This document shows positions 23,421-31,747 of a stretch of DNA of 64,000 bases, in pieces. The translations under genes and the position numbers were made by a program. The stretch covers positions 259,135 through 323,134 of the forward strand of contig CAVSFP010000006.1 of the NCBI GenBank assembly GCA_963727185.1. Direction: 5' to 3'. Numbering within the stretch: the stretch's first letter is position 1; every line of letters begins with the position of its first letter. The DNA comes from an uncultured Actinomycetes bacterium. Lineage in GTDB: Bacteria; Actinomycetota; UBA4738; HRBIN12. The notes beneath the pieces were generated by a model. That model was not told the DNA's origin and did not search any database. It saw nothing but the letters and a program-made list of their open reading frames with translations.

Positions 23421-23622
23421 TCGAAGGAAGGTTCACGGTTGAAGCTCTCATCGGGATCGGAGCAGACGACGGACCAGCCCTTCACACGCGCCGCCTAGGA
23501 GGCGTCGCCGTGCGCGCAAGCGGGTCATCCGCTCGAGCAGCCTTATCAAGACGACGCTCGCGAGGATCCCGACCGCGGGCGGCGGACCGCCGTGCCCCGG
23601 ACACAGTGCGATAGTAGCCACC

Positions 23623-24924
23623 ATGGAAGCGCACCCCGAGATCCGGGTGAACCCCAGCAGTTGGTCGGTCTCGGTGGCACCCGGTCTCGAGCCGCGCCTC
23701 CTGGCGAACGTGCCGCCGACGGGGGGCTTCCAGACGCTCGCCGAACACCGCGCCGACAACCCGGCTCCCCCGCCCGTCCGGGAGGGTGGCGATCCCCGCC
23801 TCATCGAGGAGGCGGACCGAGCCGGCATCACCGGCCGCGGCGGGGCCAACTTCCCCGCGCACCTGAAGCTGAGACTGGTGGCTCGTGGGCGGGGTCGGCC
23901 GATTGCCGTCGTGAACGGCGCCGAGGGCGAGCCGGCGGCCGCCAAGGACGCCGTGCTCATGTCCCGTCTCCCGCACCTTGTCATCGACGGCGCCCTCTTC
24001 GCCGCCGCCGCAATCGGCGCGGAGCGCCTCATCATCTGCGTCGGGGACCATTCACCGCCTGCGGTGGCAGGGATCGAGCGCGCCCTGGAGGAACGCCGCG
24101 CGTCCGAGGACCCGGGCATCCCCGTCGACCGGCGCCTCGTGCCCGACCGCTTCGTCGCCGGTGAGGCGCGATCGCTCGTCCACATGATCAATGGCGGGCC
24201 GGCGATCCCGACCCCAGCCCCGCCTCGAACGTCCGAGCGTGGTGTGCATGGGCGTCCCACGCTCGTGAACAATGCCGAGACCCTCGCGCACCTGGCGACA
24301 GTCATGGCCCACGGGGTCGACTGGTACCGCTCGATGGGAACCGCTGACGAGCCGGGGACCAGGCTCGTGTCCCTGACCGGCGCCCTGCCGGGTCCCGTCG
24401 TCTGCGAGATCGAGCCGGGCGCGTCGCTGCTTGAGGTCTTCGAGGCGAACGGCGGCGACCCCTCGCTCGTGTCCGGGGTCCTCATCGGCGGCAACTACGG
24501 GACCTGGCTCCCCCCCGCCGACGCGTTCGGCGCTCGGATCTCGAACGCCTCACTGAAGCCCCTCGGAGCCAGCCCGGGATGCGGTGTGCTCTACTTCCTC
24601 CCCAGGGACGCGTGCGGCCTGGCGGCGGTCGCGGAGATCGCGGCCTGGTTCTCGAGGGAGAGCGCCGGTCAGTGCGGTCCGTGCGTGTTCGGGTTGCCGG
24701 CTATCGCGAGGGCTATGCGCGCCGTCGTTACGGGGACCGGTGGGGATCCGATGCTCGCTCGGGTCCAGCAGCTCGCTGCGGAGGTGCTCGGCCGCGGAGG
24801 ATGCAACCATCCTGATGGAGCAGTCAAGATGGTGCGCAGCGGACTGGCGGTGTTCGCAGACGAGATCCAGCTGCACCGCGAGGGGGATTGCAGCGCCCGG
24901 CCAACATCGGAGGTGGCTTCGTGA
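23623..24924 (+). CDS. NuoF/RnfC-like NADH-binding iron-sulfur protein (Complex I 51 kDa-like domain)
   Basis: Track ORF with GRGGANFP (compare GxGGAGFP), VVNGAEGEP and ESAGQCGPC...x39...C. The first Cys of the usual CxxCxxC...C motif is replaced by Ala. Confidence 0.72.
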   Translation: MEAHPEIRVNPSSWSVSVAPGLEPRLLANVPPTGGFQTLAEHRADNPAPPPVREGGDPRLIEEADRAGITGRGGANFPAHLKLRLVARGRGRPIAVVNGAEGEPAAAKDAVLMSRLPHLVIDGALFAAAAIGAERLIICVGDHSPPAVAGIERALEERRASEDPGIPVDRRLVPDRFVAGEARSLVHMINGGPAIPTPAPPRTSERGVHGRPTLVNNAETLAHLATVMAHGVDWYRSMGTADEPGTRLVSLTGALPGPVVCEIEPGASLLEVFEANGGDPSLVSGVLIGGNYGTWLPPADAFGARISNASLKPLGASPGCGVLYFLPRDACGLAAVAEIAAWFSRESAGQCGPCVFGLPAIARAMRAVVTGTGGDPMLARVQQLAAEVLGRGGCNHPDGAVKMVRSGLAVFADEIQLHREGDCSARPTSEVAS

Positions 24925-25172
24925 GCGACGACACCGCGGACACGTATCGGGTCTCGGTCGAGTTCATCACGTGCCGAGGGCACGGCATGTGCGCGTACCT
25001 CCTTCCGAGCCACATCGGTCTCGACGAATGGGGCTACCCGATCATCAAGAACGAGACCCTGACCCGACGCGAGCTCCGCGACGGGAAGCGGGCCGCGCTC
25101 ATGTGTCCCGAGCTCGCCCTCAAGATCGAGAAGGTTCCGGAGAAGGCGCGAGCGTCGCGCGGGGGCAGATAA
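24921..25172 (+). CDS. small ferredoxin (single-cluster type)
   Basis: GTG at 24921 overlaps the previous stop (GTGA). YRVSVEFITCRGHGMCAYLLP...LMCPELAL resembles actinobacterial ferredoxins. Confidence 0.62.
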   Translation: MSDDTADTYRVSVEFITCRGHGMCAYLLPSHIGLDEWGYPIIKNETLTRRELRDGKRAALMCPELALKIEKVPEKARASRGGR

Positions 25173-25195
25173 GTGGCGGCCCTGCGCAGTCCGGT

Positions 25196-26107
25196 CTATG
25201 TCGGACCTGGGCGCGCTGGATCGTGACGACGCGCCGGAGCCATGGCGGGGGCTTCCGAGAGGTTCGTCACGATGCGGCCGTCCTCGTAGACGATGGTGGC
25301 CGCGACACGGTCGAACGCGGCCGAGCCCGCGAGCAACGCCCACTTCGCCCGAACCTCGGCCTCGCCGCAGGTGGGCCCCCACGCGGTGGCCTGCACGACG
25401 CCCGTCGCCGCCGGGCGCCAGGTGCGAGGGTCGATAAGGTGATGCAGGCTCGGACCCCAGGTACGCGTGGTGGTGGACGAGGTCGCGAGCGCCCCGTGCG
25501 ACAACCGCAGCACGAGGAGGTTGGAGCCGGGTTCGAACGGGTTCTCCACGCCCGCGTCGATGGCTCCCGCCGGAACTTCCCCAGCCAGGCGGAGATCGCC
25601 GCCGGCCTCGACGAGAGCCCACGGGAGCACGCCGACGGTCAGCTCGGCTGCGGCGTCAACCGTCCATCCCTTCGCGATCCCGCCGAAGTCCAACATCATG
25701 TGCTGCGGCATACGGACCCGGTGGCCCTCGACCTCGATGTCGCGCCAGGAACCCCGCGGGAGCGGCTCCGGATCCGTCGGTCGCGACGACTCCCTCACGT
25801 GTGCGAAGTCCCGGTCGTAGCCGGCGGCTGTGAGGGCGGGCAGCACGGTCGGATCGAACAGGCCGTCGGACTCGGTGGCTCCCTCCAGCGCGAGGTGCAG
25901 CAGGACCAGGAAGTCGGGCGAGACGCGCGTCCACCTCCCCGCGTGAGCATTCACGCGGGAGAGCTCGCTGTCGGATCGGAATCGGGAGAAGCGCGCCTCG
26001 CGGTTCTCGAAGAGACGCCGGACGCGGTGCGCGATCGCTCCGAGACGGTCCCCGTCACCTGTGATCGTGACGGTCGTCCCCATTGCGGCGAACGTACGTG
26101 TGCGCAC
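25196..26107 (-). CDS. apbE: FAD:protein FMN transferase (ApbE family)
   Basis: In-frame GTG at 26107 (or ATG at 26083). FAAMGTTVTI, SRFRSDSELSRVN, FDPTV, DFGGIAKGW, ATSSTTTRTW and HLIDPRT are ApbE blocks. Confidence 0.85.
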   Translation of the reverse strand: MRTRTFAAMGTTVTITGDGDRLGAIAHRVRRLFENREARFSRFRSDSELSRVNAHAGRWTRVSPDFLVLLHLALEGATESDGLFDPTVLPALTAAGYDRDFAHVRESSRPTDPEPLPRGSWRDIEVEGHRVRMPQHMMLDFGGIAKGWTVDAAAELTVGVLPWALVEAGGDLRLAGEVPAGAIDAGVENPFEPGSNLLVLRLSHGALATSSTTTRTWGPSLHHLIDPRTWRPAATGVVQATAWGPTCGEAEVRAKWALLAGSAAFDRVAATIVYEDGRIVTNLSEAPAMAPARRHDPARPGPT

Positions 26108-26127
26108 GCCGTCGGCGACGTCCGGGC

Positions 26128-26448
26128 TCAAGGGGGCGGTACCGAAGCGCGGGTGGTCGTGGTCGTGGTGCCGGTCGATGTTCCGGGTCCGGTGACGACG
26201 CTCACCCCTGCAGATGCGCCGGTCGAGGACTTCAGGACCGTCACCTTGGAGCCCGCGGGCACGACCACCTGCTGAGGGGTGGTCGGGTTCGTCTTCTGGA
26301 GGGCGGTGAGCACGACCCACGGGATCGCGAACCCGGCGACGCACACCCCGGCGACCAGCAGCTTGAGCGAGCGGGCATTCACCGCCCGGACGACGTTCTC
26401 GGGGGGAGGGCGATCGTTGCCGGCGGAGGAACGGTCCGTGGGATCCAC
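26128..26448 (-). CDS. single-pass membrane miniprotein with Thr-rich tail and an S-S-T-G-A-S motif
   Basis: In-frame GTG at 26448 lies 5 nt after the upstream stop (alternative GTG at 26382). TM helix LKLLVAGVCVAGFAIPWVVL. It ends 20 nt before the apbE start. Confidence 0.5.
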   Translation of the reverse strand: MDPTDRSSAGNDRPPPENVVRAVNARSLKLLVAGVCVAGFAIPWVVLTALQKTNPTTPQQVVVPAGSKVTVLKSSTGASAGVSVVTGPGTSTGTTTTTTRASVPPP

Positions 26449-26453
26449 GGTGC

Positions 26454-26615
26454 TCAATCCCCCTCCGGGGGCTGACCGGCCGCCGGGGCCGCCGGGTTCT
26501 GCACGACGATCTGGACTGGATGCGGCTTCCCGAGCGTGTACTCGTGGGCCACGACCCCGGCCATCATCGCCGCGACCAGCGCGGCGGCAATAATCATCGC
26601 GGTCCGCTTGTCCAT
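26454..26615 (-). CDS. 53-aa single-pass membrane miniprotein
   Basis: ATG at 26615 is preceded by a GGAGG RBS. MDKRTAMIIAAALVAAMMAGVVAHEY... Only the last 53 codons of track ORF 26454..27317 are used. Confidence 0.55.
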   Translation of the reverse strand: MDKRTAMIIAAALVAAMMAGVVAHEYTLGKPHPVQIVVQNPAAPAAGQPPEGD

Positions 26616-26780
26616 CGTGCCTCCTGCCGGATCGATTATGGCACCACCCCGGATGATTGGGATCTGCGATCTCCCGGGCGGGATCGGGTGGTCCGCGCGA
26701 CCCGCTCGGACGCAGCCCGCTCGCCGAGCCACGCCGACCCCACGGTCGTGGTATATCGGGGGTGCGATGCGGGTCATTGC

Positions 26781-27626
26781 GTGAACAGACACGCGTTCCG
26801 TTGTCTCCTGCCGGTCTTCGCGATCGGTGCCACCTCGGTGCTGGCGGCGTGCACGATCGGGGGCTCGAACACACGCGTCACGACGAGCACGCCCGCAGGC
26901 CCACCCGGCTCCGCCGCCGTGATGGCGACGGTGCACGACTACTTCACGAACGTGATCGGGCCGGGTGAATGGGAGCGCATGGCCATGGAGTCCACGGGGA
27001 ACCTCGTGACGTTGGCCGACTGGCTGGCGCGGCAGGACATCGTCGAATCCGAATCCGAGCGCGGGTCGGTCCTGATCCAGCAGAACCGCGTTACCTCGAT
27101 ATCGGGGAACCAGGCGAAGGTCGCGCTGGTGGCGAGCCGCTCGACGCAGGGCTACCGGGTCGACTACACGGGACCGGTCACGCTGACCCGAACCTCGGGT
27201 CGCTGGAAGGTCTCCGACTACTACCAGAACGGGCAGAGCGTCGCGGCCTCGGTCTTCCCCAACGTTTCCGGAGGGGTTACGAGCGGCGGGATCACGATCA
27301 CGCCGGTCGGCGTGCAACTGCTATCCGGGCAGCTGAACGTGTGGGCGGACATCGTCAACAAGACTCCGTCCCAACTGTCGTGGGACCAACCGATCGTCGT
27401 GATCGACTCCCAGGGACGGCAACTCGGGCACGGTTCACTCTACGTATCGTCGTTTGAGAACAGCAGCCCGTTCGTCATGACCGGGAATGTGTCGGCGTAC
27501 GGGAACTTCGCGATCGGCAACGCGACGCTCCCGCTGTCGACGAAGATGTTCACGCTCGTCGCCGGAGCCACCCCGCGGGGATCGAACAAGCCGATCGATC
27601 TCCGGGTGCCGGTCAACCTCGGGTGA
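26781..27626 (+). CDS. lipoprotein of unknown function (NTF2-like N-terminal part, beta-rich C-terminal part)
   Basis: In-frame GTG at 26781. Signal with lipobox FAIGATSVLAAC. GRWKVSDYY is NTF2-like. The family is not recognised. Confidence 0.62.
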   Translation: MNRHAFRCLLPVFAIGATSVLAACTIGGSNTRVTTSTPAGPPGSAAVMATVHDYFTNVIGPGEWERMAMESTGNLVTLADWLARQDIVESESERGSVLIQQNRVTSISGNQAKVALVASRSTQGYRVDYTGPVTLTRTSGRWKVSDYYQNGQSVAASVFPNVSGGVTSGGITITPVGVQLLSGQLNVWADIVNKTPSQLSWDQPIVVIDSQGRQLGHGSLYVSSFENSSPFVMTGNVSAYGNFAIGNATLPLSTKMFTLVAGATPRGSNKPIDLRVPVNLG

Positions 27627-27639
27627 TCGGAGCAGCCCG

Positions 27640-28230
27640 ATGAGCACCTGGATGATGCTCCGCTCCGCGGGGATCGGCGCCTACCTCCTGCTGTTCGCCT
27701 CAGTGACATGGGGCCTCGTGGGGACGACCGCGGTGATCGAGCGACGCATCTCGAAGGCAACATCGATCGTGGTCCACCACTACATCAGCACGGCGATCGT
27801 CGTCCTCCTCGCCATCCACCTCGTCGGACTGCTGCTCGACAAGTTCCGGCCGTTCCGCGTACTCGACCTGCTCGTCCCGCTCCGCGCCTCCTTCAAGCCA
27901 GGCCCGGTCGCCTTCGGGGTGGTCGCGATGTACGTGGTCGTCACCGTGCTGGTGACTTCCTGGTGGAGATCGAGGTTCGGTCCGACGTGGTGGCGACGCG
28001 TCCACGTCTGGGGCACGCCAGCGTTCATCTTGGCGATGGTCCACGGGATCTTCACCGGGACCGACGCCAACTCGCCGCTCATGTGGTGGATGTACATGGT
28101 CACGGGCGCGATCGTGCTGTTCCTGATAATCGTCAGGGGTCTCACCGCCCAGTCCGGCCTCCGCAGAGTCGACCGTCCGGAGCCGATGGAGTCGCCGGGG
28201 GGATGGGACGCGATTCAGCGGGAGGGTTGA
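27640..28230 (+). CDS. ferric reductase-like transmembrane (haem b, MsrQ/YedZ-like) protein
   Basis: ATG at 27640 follows a GGAG. Six hydrophobic helices with spaced His (VVHHYIS, LLAIHLVG, AMVHGIF). Confidence 0.68.
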   Translation: MSTWMMLRSAGIGAYLLLFASVTWGLVGTTAVIERRISKATSIVVHHYISTAIVVLLAIHLVGLLLDKFRPFRVLDLLVPLRASFKPGPVAFGVVAMYVVVTVLVTSWWRSRFGPTWWRRVHVWGTPAFILAMVHGIFTGTDANSPLMWWMYMVTGAIVLFLIIVRGLTAQSGLRRVDRPEPMESPGGWDAIQREG

Positions 28231-28754
28231 TGCAGCAGACGCCCCGGGCAGACCATTGGAGATGTGCGGAGACTGAAGCCCGGAGGAAGATCATGCCCGA
28301 AGACGGATCCTCCCCTCTCCGCGATCCCCCGAAGAAAGCACAGCTGGGTCGATGACTTGGCGGGAATGACACGCCGGACAGATGACATCAACGGGCGTGA
28401 GAACGCGGATGGCCTGACTCGCCCATTCTGAGTCGGGCCTGTGGTCGCGCTCTCTGCGGCGCTTGCCGTCCGGAGCAATGTAGTACGAGTTCTCCGGGAT
28501 CGGCGCTCGCCGGAACGCAGGCGATAAGCCTTGCGATACTCGTTTCCAGACGCGCGGGCTCATCGACCAACCGCCGTCCACTCGAACTCGGTCAAGGCCG
28601 CCTCTAGGTCGCCTACACTGGATGTCATGACCTGCTCGGAAGACTGCACTCGGCTCCTTCGATCGATCCGATCCTCAGCTGCTGTTCGAGTCGATGTCAT
28701 CTGCTGGAAGTGCGCTGTGCACCCCTTTCATATGGTCTTTCCCCAGGTCAGCAA

Positions 28755-28827
28755 GGGGACGTAGCTCAGCTGGTAGAGCACCTGCTTTGCAAGCAGGGGG
28801 TCGGCGGTTCGAGTCCGCTCGTCTCCA
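28755..28827 (+). tRNA. tRNA-Ala (anticodon TGC)
   Basis: A 73-nt cloverleaf folded by hand: acceptor GGGGACG/CGTCTCC with G3:U70, anticodon loop TTTGCAA, T-loop TTCGAGT. Confidence 0.95.
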
Positions 28828-28915
28828 CCGAGGAGCCCAGAAGAAAGATGCGGGGAGCTGTCGATTCCGTCGTTCCCGTTCGTCTGATACGTGACCGATC
28901 GAGAAGGAGGAAGCG

Positions 28916-29275
28916 ATGAAGTACATGCTCTTGATCCATCAGGGCGACGCGCCGACACCCGCATCGCCGGAGGCATGGGCCACGTTGTCGGCGGACGAGC
29001 AGCAAGCCGTGTACGCCGACTACCAGGCCATCAACCAGACCCCGGGTGTGACGCCGGGCATGGGCTTGGATCTCCCCGAGACGGCGACCACCGTGCGGGT
29101 GCAGGACGGCAAGACGCTCACGACCGACGGCCCGTTCGTTGAGATCAAAGAATCCATCGGCGGCTACCTCCTGTTCGAGGCCGCCGATCTCGACGCGGCC
29201 ATCGAGCTGGCCGCGCGGGTCCCGGCGGCGCGCCTCGGCGGTGCGGTCGAGGTCCGCCCCATCGTGGAGTGGTGA
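28916..29275 (+). CDS. YCII-related (DGPF) domain protein
   Basis: Track ORF following a GAAGGAGGA RBS. MKYMLLI...TDGPFVEIKESIGGYLLFEAADLDAAIELA is typical. Confidence 0.85.
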   Translation: MKYMLLIHQGDAPTPASPEAWATLSADEQQAVYADYQAINQTPGVTPGMGLDLPETATTVRVQDGKTLTTDGPFVEIKESIGGYLLFEAADLDAAIELAARVPAARLGGAVEVRPIVEW

Positions 29276-30451
29276 CCGATCCTCGAGCAGACCTTCCGCG
29301 ACGAGTGGGGACACGTCCTCGCTGCCCTGGTCGGCTTCCTCGGCGACTTCGACCTCGCCGAGGAAGCCGCGCAGGAGGCCTTCGCGATCGCCGCGTCGCG
29401 CTGGCCACGTGACGGAGCTCCCAGCAACCCCCGCACATGGCTGGTGACGACCGCGCGCAACCGTGCCATCGATCGCATCCGCCGCGATCGGACCCTGACC
29501 TTGAAGACCCGACTGCTCCAGCTCCCCGACGCGGCGGAGGACCCGATGGATGCGACGACGTTCCCCGACGAACGGCTCGAGCTCATCTTCACCTGCTGTC
29601 ACCCGGCGTTGGCCGTCGACGCCCAGGTAGCGCTCACGCTTCGCTCGCTCGGCGGCCTGACCACCGAGGAGATCGCGCGTGCCTTCCTGGTCCCCGAGCC
29701 GACGATGGCGCAGCGGCTGGTGCGCGCCAAGCGCAAGATCAAGGCCGCCGGGATCCCGTTCCGCGTGCCTCCAGACCATCAGCTGCCCGACCGTCTCGTC
29801 GCCGTGCTCGCGGTCGTGTATCTGATCTTCAACGAGGGCTACGGCGGCCGCGCCGAGCTGTCGGCGGAGGCGATCCGGCTCGGACGGGCGCTCGCCGAGC
29901 TGATGCCCGACGAGCCGGAGGTGCACGGTCTGTTGGCCATGATGTTGCTGCTCGACGCCCGCCGCGAAGCGCGCTTCCGCGACGGCGACCTGGTGTTGCT
30001 CGCCGACCAGGATCGATCGCTCTGGGACACGGCGCAGATCGCCGAGGGGAGGGCGGTGCTCGACCGGGCGCTCGCGCTCCTCGGCCGCGGTCCCTACGTG
30101 GTGCAGGCGGCGATCGCCTCGCTACATGCCGACGAGCCGCGCGACTGGCCGCAGATCGCCGCCCTCTACGGTGAGCTCTCCCACATCACCGGCTCTCCGG
30201 TCGTCGAGCTGAGCAGGGCCGTTGCGGTCGCCGAGGCCGAGGGGCCCGAGGCGGGGCTCGACATCGTCGACCGCCTCTCCTTGGAGGACTACCGGTACCT
30301 GCACTCCACGCGCGGCGAGCTGTTGCGCCGTCTCGGCCGGACCGAAGAGGCCAGTGACGCGTATCGTCGGGCGCTCACATTGGTTCACGACGACGCCGAG
30401 CGGCGTCTCCTCGAGCGCCGCCTGGCGGAACTTGGCGCCCCAGGCACGTGA
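29272..30451 (+). pseudogene. ECF-type RNA polymerase sigma factor with C-terminal TPR-like extension (COG4941-like); 1-nt frameshift right after the start
   Basis: GTG at 29272 overlaps the YCII stop (GTGA), but the conserved region-2 reading ([34 protein letters not shown]...[16 protein letters not shown]) is one frame off from codon 4. There is an extra C at ~29281. Confidence 0.78.
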
Positions 30452-30507
30452 CGTACCATGGTCCGGAGCAGGTCCGTCGAGATCGCGGGAGCCGGAGGGA
30501 TCGTCCG

Positions 30508-31044
30508 ATGAAGGTATCCGGATTCGTGAGCGTCATGGTGGTGGGGGCGTTCGTCCTCACCGCGTGCGGAGGCGGAGGGTCGGATGCTGCCTCTCCTGCC
30601 GCCGGTGGTGGCGGGTCCACAGGCGCCACGGGCGGGTCCACAGGCGCCACGGGCGGATCCGCGAGCGGGTCTTCCGGTGGGGGTGGGGCGATCGACGCGG
30701 CGAAATGCGCGCAGGTCGTTGGTGCGATGAGCGCCGCGGCCGCCTCGGTCCCGTCGATGATGTCCGGGCAAGCGGGCGACTTGAACACCTCGCTCGCCCG
30801 GCTCCAGGCATTCGCGGCGGCCGCACCCGAGGAGATCCGGGCGGACCTCACGCTCGTGTACCAGGGTTACTCCGACTTCGTGAAGGCGATGCAGGACGCC
30901 GGCTACGACCCGACCAGCAGTCAGCCGCCGACCGCCCAGCAGATCGCTGCGATGTCGCAGGCAGCGCAGGCCTTGCAGGATACCGACTTCAAAGCCGCGT
31001 CCCAGCGCCTGAACGATTGGTTCAAGACGAACTGCGGTACCTGA
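30508..31044 (+). CDS. lipoprotein with Gly/Ser/Thr linker, unknown function
   Basis: ATG at 30508 follows a GGAGGGA. Lipobox VLTAC. Helical C-terminal domain. Confidence 0.62.
   Translation: MKVSGFVSVMVVGAFVLTACGGGGSDAASPAAGGGGSTGATGGSTGATGGSASGSSGGGGAIDAAKCAQVVGAMSAAAASVPSMMSGQAGDLNTSLARLQAFAAAAPEEIRADLTLVYQGYSDFVKAMQDAGYDPTSSQPPTAQQIAAMSQAAQALQDTDFKAASQRLNDWFKTNCGT
30610..30651. repeat. perfect 21-bp tandem duplication (ggcgggtccacaggcgccacg x2, plus a partial third copy)
   Basis: Read directly from the sequence. It encodes GGSTGAT GGSTGAT in the lipoprotein linker. Confidence 0.85.
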
Positions 31045-31050
31045 CCGCCG

Positions 31051-31720
31051 GTGACCCGCCGGTGGGTCGCGGCATTCGTGCTCGTCTCGTCATTCACGAC
31101 CACCGTCACGGCTTCGGCCGAGGACGCATTGAGGGGTCTGCCTCCGTTCCACGGAACGGTGTCGGTCATCGACGCCGCCACGCGTCACCTGATGATCGGG
31201 AGTTCCTGGCACGCCGGTTGTCCGGTGCCGCTCCGAGACCTGCGGCTCCTCCGGCTCAGGTACTACGGGTTCGACGGACGCGCCCATCAGGGAGAGTTGG
31301 TCGTGAACCGCTGGTACGCACGAGGGTTCGTCCGTGTCTTCGAGCGGCTGTACGAGGAGCGGTTCCCAATCCGTCGCATGCGCCCTGGTCGATCACTACG
31401 GCGCGGACGACGACCGGTCCATGGCCGCCGACAACACGTCGGCGTTCGATTGCCGGCTCCGGGCCGGCTCGTCGACGGAGTGGTCGCAGCATGCCTACGG
31501 ACGTGCGGTGGACGTGAACACGGTCGAGAACCCGTTCGTGACGCCCACCCACGTGTCGCCGCCGGCGGGTGCCGCCTTCGTGGATCGGACGCAGATGCTG
31601 CCAGGCATGATCCATGTGCACGACGCCGTGTGGTGGGCGTTCCACGCGATCGGGTGGGAGTGGGGCGGCCAATGGCAGGGCACCATCGACTATCAGCACT
31701 TCAGTGCGAACGGTCGATGA
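31051..31720 (+). pseudogene. M15 family (VanY-like) D-Ala-D-Ala carboxypeptidase, one frameshift near 31383-31385
   Basis: Track ORF 31051.. (signal peptide, YYGFDGRAHQGELVV, EERFPIRRM) joins 31334..31720 (LVDHYGADDDRSMAADNTSAF, SQHAYGRAVDVN, DYQHFS) if one C is removed from the CCC run. Confidence 0.8.
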
Positions 31721-31747
31721 TGCCGTGCAGGTGACCGATCAGACGAA

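Noticed and set aside
26454-27317. Full 287-aa version of the minus-strand ORF
   Set aside because: Its upstream 234 codons are antisense to the lipoprotein gene. Only the last 53 codons, which have their own GGAGG RBS, are retained.
28291-28700. Two ATGA-coupled small minus-strand ORFs (46 aa at 28560-28700, 90 aa at 28291-28563) in the AT-richer patch just upstream of tRNA-Ala. I considered them as a toxin-antitoxin pair or an integrase/HNH remnant.
   Set aside because: There is no Shine-Dalgarno sequence before the first ORF, and I can recognise no family motifs (only a CPAC..H hint). The evidence is too weak to annotate, but an HMM search would be worthwhile.
29273-29275. In-frame TGA between YCII and the sigma factor, considered as selenocysteine or programmed read-through
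   Set aside because: There is no SECIS-like hairpin immediately downstream. A GTG overlapping the TGA plus one extra C explains the layout, and similar 1-nt errors occur elsewhere in the window.
30556-30670. STGAT STGAT in the lipoprotein linker, considered as ApbE flavinylation sites
   Set aside because: The motif arises from a 21-bp tandem duplication inside a Gly/Ser/Thr low-complexity linker directly after the lipobox. It lacks the upstream Asp and any folded FMN-binding context, so a chance match is likely.
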